Source: an uncultured virus (IMG/VR IMGVR_UViG_3300006056_003323) (taxonomy: Duplodnaviria > Heunggongvirae > Uroviricota > Caudoviricetes). From it: a DNA stretch of 64,000 nt. Location: IMG/VR virus record IMGVR_UViG_3300006056_003323; one strand, 5' to 3'. The notes under the pieces were generated by a model. It was not told where the DNA came from. It ran no database searches and saw only the letters and a list, made by a program, of their open reading frames with translations. Positions 1 through 10,704 of the stretch are shown here, piece by piece (position 1 is the first letter of the stretch; the number at the start of each line of letters is the position of its first letter). The position numbers and the translations under genes were made by a program.

Positions 1-249
1 TACATCGGCGCAGAGAGCAAGGACATCGCGGAGAAGGTCTTCTCCGATGTGATGCCGAACCGGGACACGAGCGACAAGAACCTCACGGACGAGGAGCGCC
101 AGTTGTTCTACGAGTGGCTCAAGAAGGGCGACGCGAAGCCGATCGAGCTTGCGGTCCGGCTCGCGCTGGTCTCCTTGCTGGCCCGCCTCCGAGGGATCAC
201 TGTTCGGCAGGCTGCCGGATACGTTTCCGAGGACAACGAGGTAGGCTGA
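1..249 (+). CDS. hypothetical protein, 5'-truncated by window edge
   Basis: Frame open from base 1; TGA overlaps next ATG. Confidence 0.7.
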   Translation, partial: YIGAESKDIAEKVFSDVMPNRDTSDKNLTDEERQLFYEWLKKGDAKPIELAVRLALVSLLARLRGITVRQAAGYVSEDNEVG

Positions 250-497
250 TGGACCGAAGGCGCGTCGTGGAGGTAGCGGTGGCCATCGACAAGCATCTCG
301 ACCGGATGTGCGACATCAAGTCGCTGGACGCTCCCTATGCCTACGGCGTGAGCGGGGTCGTCCACGTTGCGTTTCCCGGCGCGCCGGTGCAGAAGCTCTC
401 GGACGAAGACGCGATCGCGTACCTTGCCTGGCTCGAGGCTGGCGCGAGCGGCGATCTTGACGCGTGGCGATCCGCAGCTGCGAAGGGCACGCCCTGA
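249..497 (+). CDS. hypothetical protein ('L-S-x-E-D-A-x-x-Y-L-x-x-L-x-x-G' family)
   Basis: TGATG coupling at both ends; motif shared with 8775 and 15512. Confidence 0.7.
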   Translation: MDRRRVVEVAVAIDKHLDRMCDIKSLDAPYAYGVSGVVHVAFPGAPVQKLSDEDAIAYLAWLEAGASGDLDAWRSAAAKGTP

Positions 498-1234
498 TGG
501 CGAGCGCGCTCACAACGCTTCGCATGCTCCCTCCGGTGGAGCGAAGACGCATCCAAAGGATGGCGGTCCGCCTCGCGCATCCCAGGGAGCGAAGGCCGCG
601 CGCGTGGACCGACAGCGACTGCGCCATCAGCGATGATCACCCCGCGCTCGTGAAGGCGCTGCGGGAAGGCTGGTGGCAAAAGGCCACAATGCGTCAGGTG
701 GTGAAGCGCCTGAGCGTCATCAGGGACGTTGGCTACTCGCATCTCCTGTCGATCCTCTTTTTCGCAGAGGTGGTCGCGCCGCTCGTCGACGATCCTCCCG
801 TTGCTGCTTGCCGAGCACACCGGATCTCGCACCTCCGCGAGAGCCTGTCGCTAAGGCACGATCCCACTCCAGGGCGATTTGGCGATCCGATTGGATACGA
901 GCGATCGTTTTTCGACGGGGTCCATGCCCTCTTGGACACCGGGCTCTCGACAGCCCCGGCTTTGTTCGCCGCTGGCTGCGCAGTAGGATCTCGACTCGGA
1001 GACGTCGCAGAACGCGCTGCACGCGCGTGCTCCTCTGCCACAAGGAACGCTGTCAGCTCGCCAGCGTTCAGCGTTTCTTGGACGCCGTACTTGCTCGAGC
1101 TCTTCCCAGACCCTTGTCGCATCGACGTGCGCGACGCTCTGACGAGGTTCGATGGCGTCGCGCGGATCGCCAGGGTCATGACCGAAGAGATGGTTCAAAA
1201 GTCATCGGTCACATCCAACACAGAAGAAGGCTGA
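497..1234 (+). CDS. hypothetical helical protein, possible distant WTPExR-family member
   Basis: Coupled ATG; ALVKALREGWWQKATMRQVV resembles AIVRHLRDWFIKKSSIQSVV in 57849. Confidence 0.65.
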   Translation: MASALTTLRMLPPVERRRIQRMAVRLAHPRERRPRAWTDSDCAISDDHPALVKALREGWWQKATMRQVVKRLSVIRDVGYSHLLSILFFAEVVAPLVDDPPVAACRAHRISHLRESLSLRHDPTPGRFGDPIGYERSFFDGVHALLDTGLSTAPALFAAGCAVGSRLGDVAERAARACSSATRNAVSSPAFSVSWTPYLLELFPDPCRIDVRDALTRFDGVARIARVMTEEMVQKSSVTSNTEEG

Positions 1235-1238
1235 GTCC

Positions 1239-1987
1239 ATGGACATCGAGAAAGAGATCCAGAAGCTGATCGAGAACGCCGGCGCTCGCAAGAACGAGCC
1301 GAACAAGGACGGGCTCGCGTACACGCGACACCGAAACCCGCTGCTCGTCTCTCTCGATCCAGACGACGGGAACAAGAACCTCTGCGAGCTCGTCGAGGCG
1401 TGGCAGGGTGAGACGACCAAGCCAACGGTCCTGCCGCTGCAGCAGATCAGCATGGCCCCGATCCCGTCGGGAGACTCCGTTCTTCAGTCGATCCTCGTCA
1501 CGCCGTTCGCGAAGATGCTGGGCTCTCAAGAGCCTCCGATGAGCGCATCCGCGGAGAAGGCGTTGAAGCTTTACGAGAAGATGTTCCGCGCGCTCTTGCT
1601 GAAGCACAGCTTCTACAAGAAGAACCTTGCCTTGAACATGATCGGTCTTCCGACCGATCAGGCGGCGGTCATCGAAGAGGTCGTCAAGCGCGATCTCGTG
1701 TCCGCGGCTGACGCGGCGTCGATCATCGACGAGTTCGTCTCCGCGATGCAGGCTCTCGTTCTCGAGATGTACGGCGTGGAAAACGCCGTCTTCTTGATCA
1801 CGGTCAACGACATCTTGTTCTCTGCGGATATCACAGTGATCAAGAACGCGGCCTTCGCGATCGGACACCCTTCGCTGTACGTGCTGTGCGTGACGACGAG
1901 CGAGACCTGGATGGAATTTGCCAGGTACAAGAAGCCAGACGAGCTGTTGGGCATCCACGTGTTCCAGAGCGAATCCGAGGTCGGATC

Positions 1988-1991
<4 letters not shown>
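1239..1991 (+). CDS. hypothetical protein
   Basis: 250-aa ORF, consistent codon usage, ATGA overlap. Confidence 0.75.
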
Positions 1992-2499
<508 letters not shown>

Positions 2500-2503
<4 letters not shown>

Positions 2504-3381
2504 CGCAGGACAAGCAGCCGCATCTCGACGACGACTCGTCTGAGGTCAGTATCGCCGATGATGGTGTCGACTCGATCGTCAAGGACCATCTTCTTGCATT
2601 GGCAGACGATGCTGCCACAGCTGAGCCACTGACAATCGAGGAGAGCCTCGCTCGCGTCCTCGCGACCTACAAGATTGGGGCGATGACCAAAGGAGAGCTG
2701 ATGTCACGGCTCGCGCGTATCCCGTCGACTCTCGATGATGCGCGGCTCATCTTGGGGTCTTTGGACTCTTTGTTCTCCAAGGATCTTCTCTGCTACGCGC
2801 TCAAGATGCTCGAGCTCATCGCCGTCATCAAGACTAGCGGAGAATCGGGTTCCACCCCCCGCGAGGACAGCCAGATCGCTGCTCTTCGCGCGAGTTCGCG
2901 CCTCATCGCTGTTGCTGGCAACACGCCTTCCTCCGAACACTCTCGACGCTCTTCCGTTGTCTCCGAAGACGATCTTCGCGTGGATGATGGAGAGATCTTC
3001 TGGCGAGGCTCCTACATGGAACAGATCGTGGGACACCGGTTCTACATCGAAGAAGCGATTGGCCTGTCTTCGCCTCTTCTGCTCGAGGACAAGGTCCGCT
3101 GCGCCGTCGAGTTTTCTGCAGTGCGACTCGCGGAGGATCTCGGGGGTCACGTGTCGATCCTGTCTGGTCTGTTCTTCGTGTGGAGCGAAGATGCCCTCGT
3201 AGCGAAGCGCGCGATCATCGATTCCGCCAACGCCATCTTGCGCAGCGATGATGTGAACGCAGCTCTTCTCGAGGCACGGCGTGAAGCGAAGGCGATCCTT
3301 GGCGACCGCCTGTCGTCGATGGATGCAGGGCATCTGACCGAGCTGCTTGCGGTGGACTCTCTCGAAGGGCAAGCGCGATGA
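2500..3381 (+). CDS. hypothetical protein
   Basis: ATGA overlaps at both ends (MTQDKQPH...). Confidence 0.7.
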
Positions 3382-4118
3382 CCATCGAATTTCCAGTGAA
3401 GAACGGTCGGATCGAAGGTGTGCGCATCGTCGATGCGTTCGGCGCCTTTGGCGAGGACAGCACGCCGACGATGACCTCTCCGATCTACGTAGACGAGCAC
3501 TGCTACGAGATGTGGCTGCTGAAGGACCACGGAGCAACGGTGACGTTTCAGCATCCGATGGATGCGGAGATTCGTCCCTCAACACGACCGCTGTTCGTCC
3601 TCTCTCCAGACTCGGAAGACGGCTTCGAGATGGTCTCGGAGATCTATCCTGCTCTCTACAAGCACTGCTTTGTCGCGCTCGGGAAGCGCGACAGAGACCT
3701 TGTTCCGCACTTGCATTGTCTTCAAAGGCAGCCGCTGCTGCTGCGGCCGTGGATCTCGATGTCGACGCATCGACCTCAAGAGGTTCACCTCGTGTACGCG
3801 CACGAGGATGCTCTCTTGGATCTGTGCTCGGCGATCGCTCACGTCCTTCGCGCTCAGCTATTGAAGGAATGCTCGACCCCTGGATGGGCGCACGCTCAGC
3901 GCCGATCCGTCTCGAGAAAAATGGCGTATCACCTTCATCGTTCGAGCCGAAGTGAAGAAGACACAGCGCTCGCCGCCGCGGTCATTCGCAAGTCGGGCTT
4001 CCACAGCACTTCTTGGAAGACCGCTCTCACTGGAGGCGGCGTCGAGCCTACGGAGGAGCAGGAGAAGCTGCTCGAGCAGGCAGAGAAAAAACTGGCATCG
4101 CCAATGTATCTGGGGTGA
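3378..4118 (+). CDS. hypothetical protein
   Basis: 246-aa coupled ORF. Confidence 0.7.
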   Translation: MTIEFPVKNGRIEGVRIVDAFGAFGEDSTPTMTSPIYVDEHCYEMWLLKDHGATVTFQHPMDAEIRPSTRPLFVLSPDSEDGFEMVSEIYPALYKHCFVALGKRDRDLVPHLHCLQRQPLLLRPWISMSTHRPQEVHLVYAHEDALLDLCSAIAHVLRAQLLKECSTPGWAHAQRRSVSRKMAYHLHRSSRSEEDTALAAAVIRKSGFHSTSWKTALTGGGVEPTEEQEKLLEQAEKKLASPMYLG

Positions 4119-4130
4119 ACGGAGATCGTC

Positions 4131-4598
4131 ATGACACAGGATCAGCTGAAGCTCGCAGAGAAGTATCTCAAGCTCACGATCAAGACGGCGTCGATCATGA
4201 TGGTTGGCGCGTTTGCGGGGCTCCTCGCGCTGACCTCGGACAAGATCGCGAGGGGTCTGGCCGCTTTTGGTCTCGCGATCGAGATCGTCTCGGTCATCAT
4301 CGTCATGCTTCGAGGCATGAGGGCGATGGACAGCGTGGCTCCTCCGAGGCCGAAGCGCAGGGAAGCCCATCTCGAGCGCGCGAAGGCTGCTCGCTTCTTC
4401 TCCATGGTGATCTCCGCGGTGTTTTTGTCGCTGTTCTCCCTCCTTTCTCTCCGACTTTTCCTCGAGGGCGACTCGATCTTTTCCTACCGAGGGGCGCTGG
4501 CCGCGTGCGGGTTCTTTGCGGCGCTCGGGATCATCTCGTTTCTCCACTGGCTGTTCGCTCTCGAGGTCGAAGAAGACGCTGGTGAGCCTCGTGGCTAG
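4131..4598 (+). CDS. membrane protein, about 4 TM segments
   Basis: GGAG RBS; four hydrophobic stretches. Confidence 0.75.
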   Translation: MTQDQLKLAEKYLKLTIKTASIMMVGAFAGLLALTSDKIARGLAAFGLAIEIVSVIIVMLRGMRAMDSVAPPRPKRREAHLERAKAARFFSMVISAVFLSLFSLLSLRLFLEGDSIFSYRGALAACGFFAALGIISFLHWLFALEVEEDAGEPRG

Positions 4599-4950
4599 CG
4601 AGAAGGTCCGTAAGCGTCGGAGGACCTGGCGCAAGCGATTGGCGAGCAGAGATGCTGCAGCTCGGGCCGATGCCCATCGAGAGCGTGAACAGCGCAAGCT
4701 CGGCTTCGAGTTTGACGTCAGCTATATTCGTCCCGGGTTCTTCGATGTCGCCTGGGCGGAAGAGATGGCTCGCAACCGAGACCCGGTTTTTGCCCAAGTA
4801 GATCCACTGCTCATCAGGGCTGAGGTGAGCGTGGTGGAGCGAAGGATTCACGGACGGCTGGAGGGGTCGATGGTCGCCATCCGTCGAACGACGGAGATTG
4901 TACGCATGTCGCTCAGGAAGGATGGGCCATGGCCACAGATCAAGACCTGA
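4582..4950 (+). CDS. hypothetical protein
   Basis: GTG start overlapping previous gene. Confidence 0.55.
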   Translation: MSLVASEKVRKRRRTWRKRLASRDAAARADAHREREQRKLGFEFDVSYIRPGFFDVAWAEEMARNRDPVFAQVDPLLIRAEVSVVERRIHGRLEGSMVAIRRTTEIVRMSLRKDGPWPQIKT

Positions 4951-5687
4951 GGAGGCCCTTTGGTTGGGTACTCGACCAAGCGATCGCCGGCTCTCTTCCT
5001 TCGGAGCAGATCGAGAGCTGGAACGAGATCCTCGAGGAGGACGCTTCTGGGAGCGGGCATGCGATATCTCAGTCGCGTCGATGGACGCCAGAGCATCGCC
5101 GCGTCGTCGAGCTGTCGCTGGCCAATCTCTTCCTCTCCGATGGCACGATCGAAGACAAGATGTTCGACGCGTGCACGTGGGACAAAGAGCTCGGGGCAGC
5201 CATCGCCTGCTTCGCTGCTCGTCGGTCTGTCCTCTGCCTGGACCCAGTCACGGCGGAAAGAACCATGTCTCACATGGTGCTGAACATGTGCGGTCGGCAT
5301 CTTCGCGCAGACTTTGAAGGAGCCTTCCTCAAAGAGGACCGGGCTGCTCTGGATGATCTCGTGACGCTCCATCTGCAGAGCCTCGACCAGGTCTTCTATC
5401 AGGGAGAGGGCTCGCCGAGAGAAGACTTTGCTGCGGTCCGTTTCTCCGCGGACGCCACAGGCGCAACATGGAGGACATGGCGCGAAGAGATGATCCTCCC
5501 GAGCGTTGTGACGGCGGCCTTCATGGCAGTCCATGGCGCATCGACGGTCCTCCGGAGAGAGGAAGGACGCAGCGTCGAGCCGCTGATCGCCGAGGCGCTC
5601 CCGTCGTGCATCGACGCCGTCTCGGAGGGGCACGCGAGGCTCAGGCTCGCGCGAGCCGAGGTCCGTCGCGGTCGGATCGACCTCTGA
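4929..5687 (+). CDS. WTPExR-family protein
   Basis: LPSEQIESWNE...RWTPEHRRVVELSL. Confidence 0.75.
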   Translation: MATDQDLRRPFGWVLDQAIAGSLPSEQIESWNEILEEDASGSGHAISQSRRWTPEHRRVVELSLANLFLSDGTIEDKMFDACTWDKELGAAIACFAARRSVLCLDPVTAERTMSHMVLNMCGRHLRADFEGAFLKEDRAALDDLVTLHLQSLDQVFYQGEGSPREDFAAVRFSADATGATWRTWREEMILPSVVTAAFMAVHGASTVLRREEGRSVEPLIAEALPSCIDAVSEGHARLRLARAEVRRGRIDL

Positions 5688-5720
5688 CCCGAAAACGTCT
5701 CGCCGGCGACGTTTTTCGGA
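5688..5720. terminator. inverted repeat / putative terminator
   Basis: CCGAAAACGTC...GACGTTTTTCGG hairpin directly after stop. Confidence 0.45.
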
Positions 5721-5793
5721 TGACGCACTTTTGCTGAATTGCTATGGTTCACTCCGAGGCGACGCTTCGCCTCCGGTGAAAAGGAGCAAGATC

Positions 5794-6801
5794 ATGGCGT
5801 ACGTCAAGGGGTTTCTTCAGCTGATCGCGTACGGAGACGCGTACGGCGCTCCGTACGAGGAGTCGGACCACGGGCTCGAAGAGCGCCTTCGAGAGGAGGC
5901 GAAGAGCGGACAGAGGCGCGCGTTTGTCACGCGAGACTCCGATCTGCCGCTGAAGTGGACCGACGACACGGCGATGAACCTCGCCGTCGGCCGAGCGATG
6001 CTCGGACCTCGCGGATACACCACGGATGGCGTTCTGCTCGAGTATGCGGCGGCGCTGAAGGATCCCCTCGTGAGCGGCTGGGGGCGGATCGTGCCGGCGG
6101 CGCTCGCGGCGGGCAAGGGCATCCAGAACACCCGCCGCAACGGCGCGCTCATGCGGACGCCGATGGTGATGGCCTCGTACGTTTATTCTGAAGGATACTC
6201 GGATCGAATTCTCAAGGGTTACAGCCCCGGCGTTCACGTCGCGAATGACGCCGCTCTTACCCATGACAGCGAGGTTTGTGTCGCTGCTTCCGTCGCGTAT
6301 GGCGTCGTTCTCGACGCTTTCCTTGGCGGAAGGTGCGACGACTTCTTGTCTATGGTGTTTTTGACCGAGGATGTCGGCCCGCGTCTCCGCCAAGAGTTGA
6401 TGCTGCGCGTGGCAGACCGATCTGCCATGGTCGAGGTGTTCGACGCGTTTCGTGACGCTTGCCGATGGCTTCACTCTTCTCCGTCTGCTGTTTTGACGGA
6501 GGTTCGTGCGAATCCAGAGATCGCGACGGGCGATGTCGTCGCCACCTTGGCGACATCGCTTTGGCTCGGCATGCGAGCCGCTTCCTCATGCTGGATGGGT
6601 CTGGAGCTGAACAAGACGCTCGACCTTGGCATCGCCATCGGCGGCGACGTCGACACGCGACTCGCGCTGGCGGCTCCGTTCGCGTTGCCCTTCTTTGACG
6701 AAGGAGACGTCATGCCCAACTTCTCGAAGATCGAGCGATACGAAGAGATCCTCGCGCTCGAGGAGCAGATCAGCAAGCGGAAAACCACGCGAGCGGCCTG
6801 A
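5794..6801 (+). CDS. ADP-ribosylglycohydrolase (DraG/ARH family)
   Basis: GDAYGAPYE, WTDDT, NGALMRTP, THDS and GGDVDT motifs; AAGGAG RBS. Confidence 0.9.
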   Translation: MAYVKGFLQLIAYGDAYGAPYEESDHGLEERLREEAKSGQRRAFVTRDSDLPLKWTDDTAMNLAVGRAMLGPRGYTTDGVLLEYAAALKDPLVSGWGRIVPAALAAGKGIQNTRRNGALMRTPMVMASYVYSEGYSDRILKGYSPGVHVANDAALTHDSEVCVAASVAYGVVLDAFLGGRCDDFLSMVFLTEDVGPRLRQELMLRVADRSAMVEVFDAFRDACRWLHSSPSAVLTEVRANPEIATGDVVATLATSLWLGMRAASSCWMGLELNKTLDLGIAIGGDVDTRLALAAPFALPFFDEGDVMPNFSKIERYEEILALEEQISKRKTTRAA

Positions 6802-6838
6802 TCTTCGAAGACCTTTCCCGCAGAAAGAGCAGTGCATT

Positions 6839-7309
6839 ATGGAAAAAGATCTGATCGTTGGAGTGTGCGCGTACAAGGGACTCTTGGTCTTTTTGGCGCC
6901 GGAGGATGACTCGCCGTTCGAGCATCCGAACTGGACCTGCGTCGTGGGCGAAAGACCCATGTGCAGCATCCGAGACACGAAGCGTCACCTCGGCATCTCC
7001 GAGGAAGCTGCGAAGATTCTTCGCCAGCTCGGAGACCAGAAGGACGACGCCTCCGTGAGCTCGAGCAGCGAGATCGGGTGGTCCGAGACCGATGGCGTCA
7101 CGTCGTTCTCTTGGACAGGCTTCCCCATGGCGATCATGGGGATGCCGGTGAAGGTCGCCGCCGGGTATCGGTTCCGGGAGGGCGAGTACGTGACGATCAA
7201 GAACGTCGTCGACCCGCAGGCCGCGTCGGTCATCGACGCGATGATGCATCGAAACCAAGCCGCCGAAGACAGCTGCGGGGCCGACCGTTTCGAGAGCGAC
7301 GATGAGTGA
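6839..7309 (+). CDS. hypothetical protein
   Basis: ORF MEKDLIVGV... Confidence 0.7.
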   Translation: MEKDLIVGVCAYKGLLVFLAPEDDSPFEHPNWTCVVGERPMCSIRDTKRHLGISEEAAKILRQLGDQKDDASVSSSSEIGWSETDGVTSFSWTGFPMAIMGMPVKVAAGYRFREGEYVTIKNVVDPQAASVIDAMMHRNQAAEDSCGADRFESDDE

Positions 7310-8351
7310 AGGATGGGTGATCCCGAGGCACTATCGCTGCAGGATGTGCGGAGCCGCGCGCGTGAGGCTGTGGGCCAGCAGACCACTAGGAAAGGAGCTC
7401 TGCGCGTCGTGCAAAGACAAGTGCGTCAGCGACGGATCTGTCTCAGAGGACAGGCTCAGCCCTCACAGCCCTGGCCCGTTCGGCAACAATCCCAGCTGTG
7501 CGCCAGACGGCTATGTCCCGCCAGAGGAAACTGAAGCTTGGTGGAACTCTCTTCCCGTCGAAGAAGGAAGAAGGTTCCTCGAGATCGAGCACGATCCGAT
7601 CTGCCTTCCCAAGGTCAGGCGGGTCATCGCAAGCGGATCGAAACTGAAGTGGCCTGACGATCGAGAGCGTATGGAAGATGCGCTCGAGTCCATGGTTGCC
7701 GCTGGGCTGGCTCCTCAGAATTGGATCGACAGAATGGCCTCTTGGACCGAAGAGACATCATGGAGATGGGATGAGATCAGACTTCGAGGCTCAGCATCTT
7801 CGTGGGCCATGAACGCCATCGATCCTCGCACGCTCGACACGATCCTGCTGAACCCGAAGAGCGTTGTGACCGCCGAGAGAATCCTCTTGGATCACATCGA
7901 TGAGAACGACTACCTCGGCGTGCGAAGCTGGGACGCCATCCTCTTCGGAGAGCCCGCAGAAATCGCAAGCAACCGTCCGTGTTCTCGGAGAAACGTGATT
8001 CGCTTCGCAAATCGATTTCTGTCAGAAAACCGAGGTGCGCTTGGCGAAAGTTGGGCGGATCTGCTATCGGCGTGCCAGCCTAATAGCACTGCGCGGTCCG
8101 TCCTTGGAAATGTTGGAGCAATCATCTTCGCAGCAGGCCGCGAAGACGAATACGCTTGGTGCCAAGAGATCGCCGCCTTGGGCCTGGCTTTCTGCCCGTG
8201 GAAAGTCATGGAGAACGACAGACGCAAGATCAAGTGGGCGATCGTGGCAGGCAGCGATCGCGGCGCTCCGTGGCCCATGTTCAAAGCCAGAGTTCACAAC
8301 GGGGTGGTCTCTTGGGACGATCCGCTCCTCACCTGGACGAACCCGCCATGA
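7302..8351 (+). CDS. N-terminal Zn finger fused to a divergent GPPW-family domain
   Basis: CxxC...CxxC; LAPQNW, NPKSVVTAERIL, YLGVRSWD, WAIVA...APWP match the 22355/25341/26263 family. Confidence 0.75.
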   Translation: MSEGWVIPRHYRCRMCGAARVRLWASRPLGKELCASCKDKCVSDGSVSEDRLSPHSPGPFGNNPSCAPDGYVPPEETEAWWNSLPVEEGRRFLEIEHDPICLPKVRRVIASGSKLKWPDDRERMEDALESMVAAGLAPQNWIDRMASWTEETSWRWDEIRLRGSASSWAMNAIDPRTLDTILLNPKSVVTAERILLDHIDENDYLGVRSWDAILFGEPAEIASNRPCSRRNVIRFANRFLSENRGALGESWADLLSACQPNSTARSVLGNVGAIIFAAGREDEYAWCQEIAALGLAFCPWKVMENDRRKIKWAIVAGSDRGAPWPMFKARVHNGVVSWDDPLLTWTNPP

Positions 8352-8722
8352 GCGCGAGCAGAAGCACCGATGCCCCGAGCTTCGGCGAAGCGTTCCGCGA
8401 AGCCAGGCAGGCTGCCGGCATGACGCTCAGCGAGGCGTCGGCCGTCTTCGGCTTCTCGATCCCGTACATCGCCGACATCGAGCGGGACCGACGCGCTCCG
8501 CCGAACGAGTCGGTGATCTCGAAGGCCGCGGAGACCTACGGATGTGACGAAGAGCGCCTGCTCAAGCTCGCTTGGATGGCGCGAGGCGTATTTGCGCTCG
8601 ACGCAACGAGCCGGGTCTCGAGCTTGCACCACCGCGTGGGGGCGAGGCTCGGCATGCGTTGGAAAAGCCTCGGACAAGAGCAGCTCGCGAAGATTCTGGC
8701 GATCATCGACGATTTGCCTTGA
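8348..8722 (+). CDS. XRE-family HTH transcriptional regulator
   Basis: FGEAFREARQAAGMTLSE...SIPYIADIERDRRAP. Confidence 0.85.
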   Translation: MSASRSTDAPSFGEAFREARQAAGMTLSEASAVFGFSIPYIADIERDRRAPPNESVISKAAETYGCDEERLLKLAWMARGVFALDATSRVSSLHHRVGARLGMRWKSLGQEQLAKILAIIDDLP

Positions 8723-8748
8723 TGCAGGTTAACCTGTACTGCTAGGGT
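8719..8748 (+). promoter_or_regulatory. sigma70-like promoter with GGTTAACC palindrome
   Basis: TTGATG-18-TAGGGT with extended TG; CAGGTTAACCTG palindrome in spacer. Confidence 0.55.
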
Positions 8749-8774
8749 TCAGTCCTCACCAAGAGGAGACGAAG

Positions 8775-9455
8775 ATGATGAGCAAGCAAGGCAAGACCAC
8801 GACCTCGTCGGCGAAGAGAGGCTCGAAGAAAGAGACCAAAGCCGAGATCGTCGCGCGCAACAAAGCCAACGTCGAAGCCGGCATGCCTCGAGCTGAAGAG
8901 CTCGCAGGGAAGATCGGACCGCTGCTCAGCAGCATCGAGGGCAACGAGCTTCTCGTTCGATGCGCGAACGAAAAAGGACTCGACATCGAGTTTAGCAAGA
9001 ACTCCTCACCCGAATACTGCGCGGGCGCCGACCAGGCGAAGGACGGCACCTGTGCTGTCGTGCGCGTTGTCTTGCGGAGCAGGCAGTGGCACCAACACCA
9101 CGCCATGCTCTCCCTCGAGGAGGCTTCGCAGTACCTCTCGCTCCTCGAGCGAGGGTGTCTTCGCGGGCCGGGGTTCTTCATGGACAAGATCGATTACAAC
9201 GATGCGCATCGGGCGAGGATCACGTACAGCCAGATGGCGAGCTTCGTCCCAGAGGACGACAAGGATGCCGCTGACGTATGGAACGAGTACGCTTCGAGGT
9301 CCGCGAAGCTCTTGGAGGACGCCACGAAGAACGCCATGTACGCAGCGTGGGCGTGCTCGAAGTTCGCCAGCCATTCCTCCGCGGTCTCTCTCCTTCGCTC
9401 GATCGGAAACGTCTACACTCGGCTCACGAAGAGTTGGACTGATGGAGAGCGGTAG
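8775..9455 (+). CDS. hypothetical protein (YLxxLxxG family)
   Basis: GAGGAG RBS; LSLEEASQYLSLLERG. Confidence 0.75.
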   Translation: MMSKQGKTTTSSAKRGSKKETKAEIVARNKANVEAGMPRAEELAGKIGPLLSSIEGNELLVRCANEKGLDIEFSKNSSPEYCAGADQAKDGTCAVVRVVLRSRQWHQHHAMLSLEEASQYLSLLERGCLRGPGFFMDKIDYNDAHRARITYSQMASFVPEDDKDAADVWNEYASRSAKLLEDATKNAMYAAWACSKFASHSSAVSLLRSIGNVYTRLTKSWTDGER

Positions 9456-9494
9456 CGTTGACGGCAACGTCGCCGACAAGGAGCAAAAGTAGTC

Positions 9495-10031
9495 ATGTGG
9501 TATCACCAGTTCAAAGAGAGCAGCCCTATGGCCATCTGGCTGAACCAAGATCCGCAGAAGCGCCATGATCTCCTCATGGCCGCCCTCGCTTCTCGGGGAA
9601 TCGAGGTCAAGTCCATCGAAGATCACAGCGACAGCAGACCCGGCCGCTCCGTCGGAATCATTGTTCGAGCCAAGTCTTTCGGCAGGGTGTCGATCACAAG
9701 GGAGATCCTCGAGATCGGCGAAGAGCGCCTGGTGATCAACGTCATGTACGAGCCAGACGGCTGGGCGTCGGAGTCGACGTCTTGGCTGCTTCAGTCATCG
9801 GCGAAGGCTCGCGTCATGGGGCTCTTCGCGACGAACCCGGTGGACGTGCTTCGATCCATCAAGGTCGACGGACAGCAGCTCGATGGCGTCGGAGCCTCGC
9901 CGTCCAATGGCGAGAACGGAACCATCGATGTCTTCGGGCGAGCGGAAGATCTCGCCCGTCTTGGAGATACGATCTTCGTGGATGTTGACGAGGCTCTCTT
10001 GGAGTTCCGGATCGTGAAGTTTCCGCTCTAG
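9495..10031 (+). CDS. hypothetical protein
   Basis: 178-aa ORF with AAGGAG upstream. Confidence 0.7.
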   Translation: MWYHQFKESSPMAIWLNQDPQKRHDLLMAALASRGIEVKSIEDHSDSRPGRSVGIIVRAKSFGRVSITREILEIGEERLVINVMYEPDGWASESTSWLLQSSAKARVMGLFATNPVDVLRSIKVDGQQLDGVGASPSNGENGTIDVFGRAEDLARLGDTIFVDVDEALLEFRIVKFPL

Positions 10032-10074
10032 GACAAGGACCCTGCGCCAGGCGCGAGGCAGAAAGAAGGATGAC

Positions 10075-10704
10075 GTGGAATTCAACTGGAAGAAGAAGGA
10101 CGAGAGCTCTTTCGAGTGCGAGATCGGGTCGTTCGTTCTCGAGGTGTACAAGATGGGGGGAGATTGGATCTCGTCGGTCTACAGAAACCGCAACAGCATG
10201 GGCTTGACCCAAGGCATGGCAGCGGCGAGGTCGACCAGCGAAGAAAAGGCGAAGAAGGACGCCGAGGATCTCTACCTCGAGATGATCGCGCCGTTCCTCC
10301 GCGAAGGCGCGCGGCGCGAGGCCGGGGTCATCTCCAGGATGCTCTCTGACGCCATTCGAGCCCACAAGGCCATGGCCGACGAGGATCGGATCGATCGGGA
10401 CAACTACATCGCTCACGACGCCGCTGCGGACGCGCTGGAGAGCGCACGCAGCATGATCGTACACCTCGGCTCCTCCGAGGAGGTGACGGACCAGCGACTC
10501 ATCAGCTACGCGGCTCTTCGCCTCGAGATGGATGAATCGCTTATGACCGAAAACCATCTTCAACGACTGCGCGCGATGGCCGGCGTCGCGCGTGTCGAGG
10601 ATCTGTCTGGCTCTGGGCTGATGATCGTCAGCGGGAAGGAACTCGCGGACCTTCACGAGAAGATCGTCGTCCGCGCCAAGAAGATCGCCGAGGAGCCGAA
10701 GTGA
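10075..10704 (+). CDS. hypothetical protein
   Basis: 209-aa ORF; N-terminal domain resembles 14551. Confidence 0.7.
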   Translation: MEFNWKKKDESSFECEIGSFVLEVYKMGGDWISSVYRNRNSMGLTQGMAAARSTSEEKAKKDAEDLYLEMIAPFLREGARREAGVISRMLSDAIRAHKAMADEDRIDRDNYIAHDAAADALESARSMIVHLGSSEEVTDQRLISYAALRLEMDESLMTENHLQRLRAMAGVARVEDLSGSGLMIVSGKELADLHEKIVVRAKKIAEEPK

